Made by a program: the position numbers and the translations under genes. From Acidimicrobiia bacterium (GTDB lineage: Bacteria; Actinomycetota; Acidimicrobiia; Spongiisociales; ZC4RG35), in the NCBI GenBank assembly GCA_049284615.1, contig JBAPYG010000076.1, positions 1 to 27,408 on the forward strand: 27,408 bases of DNA. The letters run 5' to 3'. Numbering within the stretch: position 1 is the first letter of the stretch; the number at the start of each line of letters is the position of its first letter. Below the pieces are notes generated by a model. It was not told the DNA's origin. It made no database searches and was given only the letters and a program-made list of their open reading frames with translations. Positions 25,637 through 27,408 of the stretch are shown here, in pieces.

Positions 25637-26946
25637 CTGTCGGCGCGGTTTCTCGTGACGAAGTGAATCGGGTTGCCGGTGAAGTCGTACCCCTGTCGCA
25701 GCCGACCCTCCAAGAACCTCAGATAGTCGTCACCGAGCTCGCCACCCGACACGAACACCACGAACGTGGGAGGGGCGGTGCCGGCCTGCACGACATAGTG
25801 CAGCTTGGGCCGGCGTCCCTTGCGCACTGGTGGCGGGTGGGCGGCAGACCATTCCCTGATGTCGCGATTGAGCCGCCCGGTGGGCACGCGGTTGGACCTC
25901 GTCTCGATCACCGCCTCCAGCGCGCCGCCGAGACGTCGGACGCGAGCACCGGTCAACGCAGACATGCGAAGCACCGGGGCCCACCCGATGAAGGAGAACC
26001 GGTCGGGTAGGGAACGCTCGGTGATCTCTCGCTGCTCCTCGTCGAGGGCGTCCCACTTGTTGAGCACCACGACGATCCCGACCCCGGCCTCGATGATCTC
26101 GGATGCGATGCGTTGATCCTGATGAGTGACTCCTTCGGTGGCGTCCACCATCAATATGGCGACATCCGATCGCTGCAGGGCCTCTCTGGCCCTGATCACC
26201 GCGTAGAAATCGGCGTCCTCGGAGATCTGTGGCTTACGGCGAATCCCTGCCGTATCGACCAGCCGGTACGGCATGTCGTCGATTGTGACATCGACGTCGA
26301 TGGGATCTCTCGTCGTGCCCGGGAGCTCGGAGACGATGACCCGCTGCTCGCCCGCCAGTCGGTTGAGCAATGTCGACTTGCCCGAGTTGGGCCGGCCGAC
26401 GATGGCCACCCTGGTGATGTCGGCTTTCTCCTCGGCCCCGAGGGCTTCGGGCATGACGTCGAGAACCCGGTCGAGGAGGTCACCCACGCCTTTGCCGTGA
26501 TATGCGCTGACCGGGGCCGGCTCGCCCAGCCCGAGTCTCCAGAAGCGGTCGACCTCTCGCTCCAGCCCCCCGTCGTCGATCTTGTTCACGGCCACGATCA
26601 CCGGGATCTCGGCGGCCCGCAGTATCCCGATCACACCGGTGTCGTCGTCGGTCAGCTCCGAAGTGCCGTCCACGACGAGCACCACGACGTCGGCCCCCGA
26701 GACCGCACCCTCGGCCTGTTGGCGTATCGACATGTTGAGATCACCCTCGGGTTTGATCTCCCATCCGCCCGTGTCGACGAGGATGAACTCCCTGCCGGCC
26801 CAATCGGCATCGAATTGCCGGCGGTCGCGGGTGACGCCCGACATCTCCTCTACCACGGCCGATCGCGACCCGATGATCCGGTTGACGAGGGTCGACTTTC
26901 CGACGTTGGGGCGGCCGACGACTGCGACTACAGGGAGCGTGCTCAC
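25633..26946 (-). CDS. der: Ribosome biogenesis GTPase Der (EngA)
   Basis: Two GTPase domains (GRPNVGKS/DTGG/NKID and GRPNSGKS/DTAG/NKWD) plus a KH-like C-terminus. Confidence 0.98.
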   Translation of the reverse strand: MSTLPVVAVVGRPNVGKSTLVNRIIGSRSAVVEEMSGVTRDRRQFDADWAGREFILVDTGGWEIKPEGDLNMSIRQQAEGAVSGADVVVLVVDGTSELTDDDTGVIGILRAAEIPVIVAVNKIDDGGLEREVDRFWRLGLGEPAPVSAYHGKGVGDLLDRVLDVMPEALGAEEKADITRVAIVGRPNSGKSTLLNRLAGEQRVIVSELPGTTRDPIDVDVTIDDMPYRLVDTAGIRRKPQISEDADFYAVIRAREALQRSDVAILMVDATEGVTHQDQRIASEIIEAGVGIVVVLNKWDALDEEQREITERSLPDRFSFIGWAPVLRMSALTGARVRRLGGALEAVIETRSNRVPTGRLNRDIREWSAAHPPPVRKGRRPKLHYVVQAGTAPPTFVVFVSGGELGDDYLRFLEGRLRQGYDFTGNPIHFVTRNRADR

Positions 26947-26952
26947 CTGTGG

Positions 26953-27408
26953 TCAGGCGCTGATCAGGTCGAGGGCCTCGGTGGCCGTCCACTCGCGGTC
27001 CCGGTCCAGCCACGACGCTCCCCCGGGCTTGGAGGCGGTGACGCCGGCCTCGACGAGGGTCTGCAGTGTCGTCACGAAGGCGCGCAGCTGTGGTGGGAGG
27101 GGAAAGTACTCGGCCTCCTCGGTGGCCGACCAGAGCTCGAAGCCCTGGGAGGGGTCGAGTCTGTCGATGACTTCTTGGACCAGATGATCCGGCGCTGAGG
27201 CTCCTGCCGTGACTCCGACCGTCTTCACGTCTTCGAGCCACGCCTCCTGGATGTCGTCGGCGGAGTCGATGCGATGTGCGGCCACGTCGTTCTCGTGGGA
27301 GACACGCACCAGCGCCTGGGTGTTCGAGGAGTTGTGGGAGCCGACGACGAGGACCAGATCGCACTGATCGGAGAGCTGGTTGACCGCATCCTGTCGATTG
27401 GTCGTGGC
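26953..27408 (-). CDS. ispH: 4-hydroxy-3-methylbut-2-enyl diphosphate reductase (5'-truncated by the window edge)
   Basis: ATTNRQ, VVGSHNSSNT, GVTAGASAP motifs; frame is open to the window end. Confidence 0.95.
   Translation of the reverse strand, partial: ATTNRQDAVNQLSDQCDLVLVVGSHNSSNTQALVRVSHENDVAAHRIDSADDIQEAWLEDVKTVGVTAGASAPDHLVQEVIDRLDPSQGFELWSATEEAEYFPLPPQLRAFVTTLQTLVEAGVTASKPGGASWLDRDREWTATEALDLISA

Noticed and set aside
26113..27198. 361-aa plus-strand ORF
   Set aside because: Antisense shadow of der/ispH.

Overview
High-GC, gene-dense core-genome window that looks actinobacterial (probably Acidimicrobiia-like; inferred from gene order and protein features). No transposase, integrase, CRISPR array or rRNA was seen. 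It holds about 33 CDS and a tRNA-Pro(GGG). From left to right: ABC transporter (partial), amidase lipoprotein, phosphomannomutase, galE, PAS kinase, rnhB, ECF sigma plus GerMN protein, yqgE, tdh, hydrolase and PNPOx-like protein. Next is a rearranged version of the conserved actinobacterial pgsA2-gcvH-garA-MerR-BFN-MerR-gcv locus, followed by a solute-binding protein, aminotransferase, tRNA, der and ispH (partial). The most interesting part is 13224-14227. An Rv1830/McdR-like MerR gene has a perfect DnaA box just upstream of its -35 and a McdR-type palindrome in its 5' leader. It is followed by a PD-(D/E)XK nuclease-like ORF whose N-terminal segment has no ATG/GTG/TTG start, which suggests a CTG start or a -1 frameshift giving a MerR-nuclease fusion. 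Other points are a divergent Hpt, an amidase fused to an uncharacterised His-containing domain, widespread leaderless promoters and two small ORFs the track does not call correctly. All assignments come from motif recognition by eye; no searches were run.
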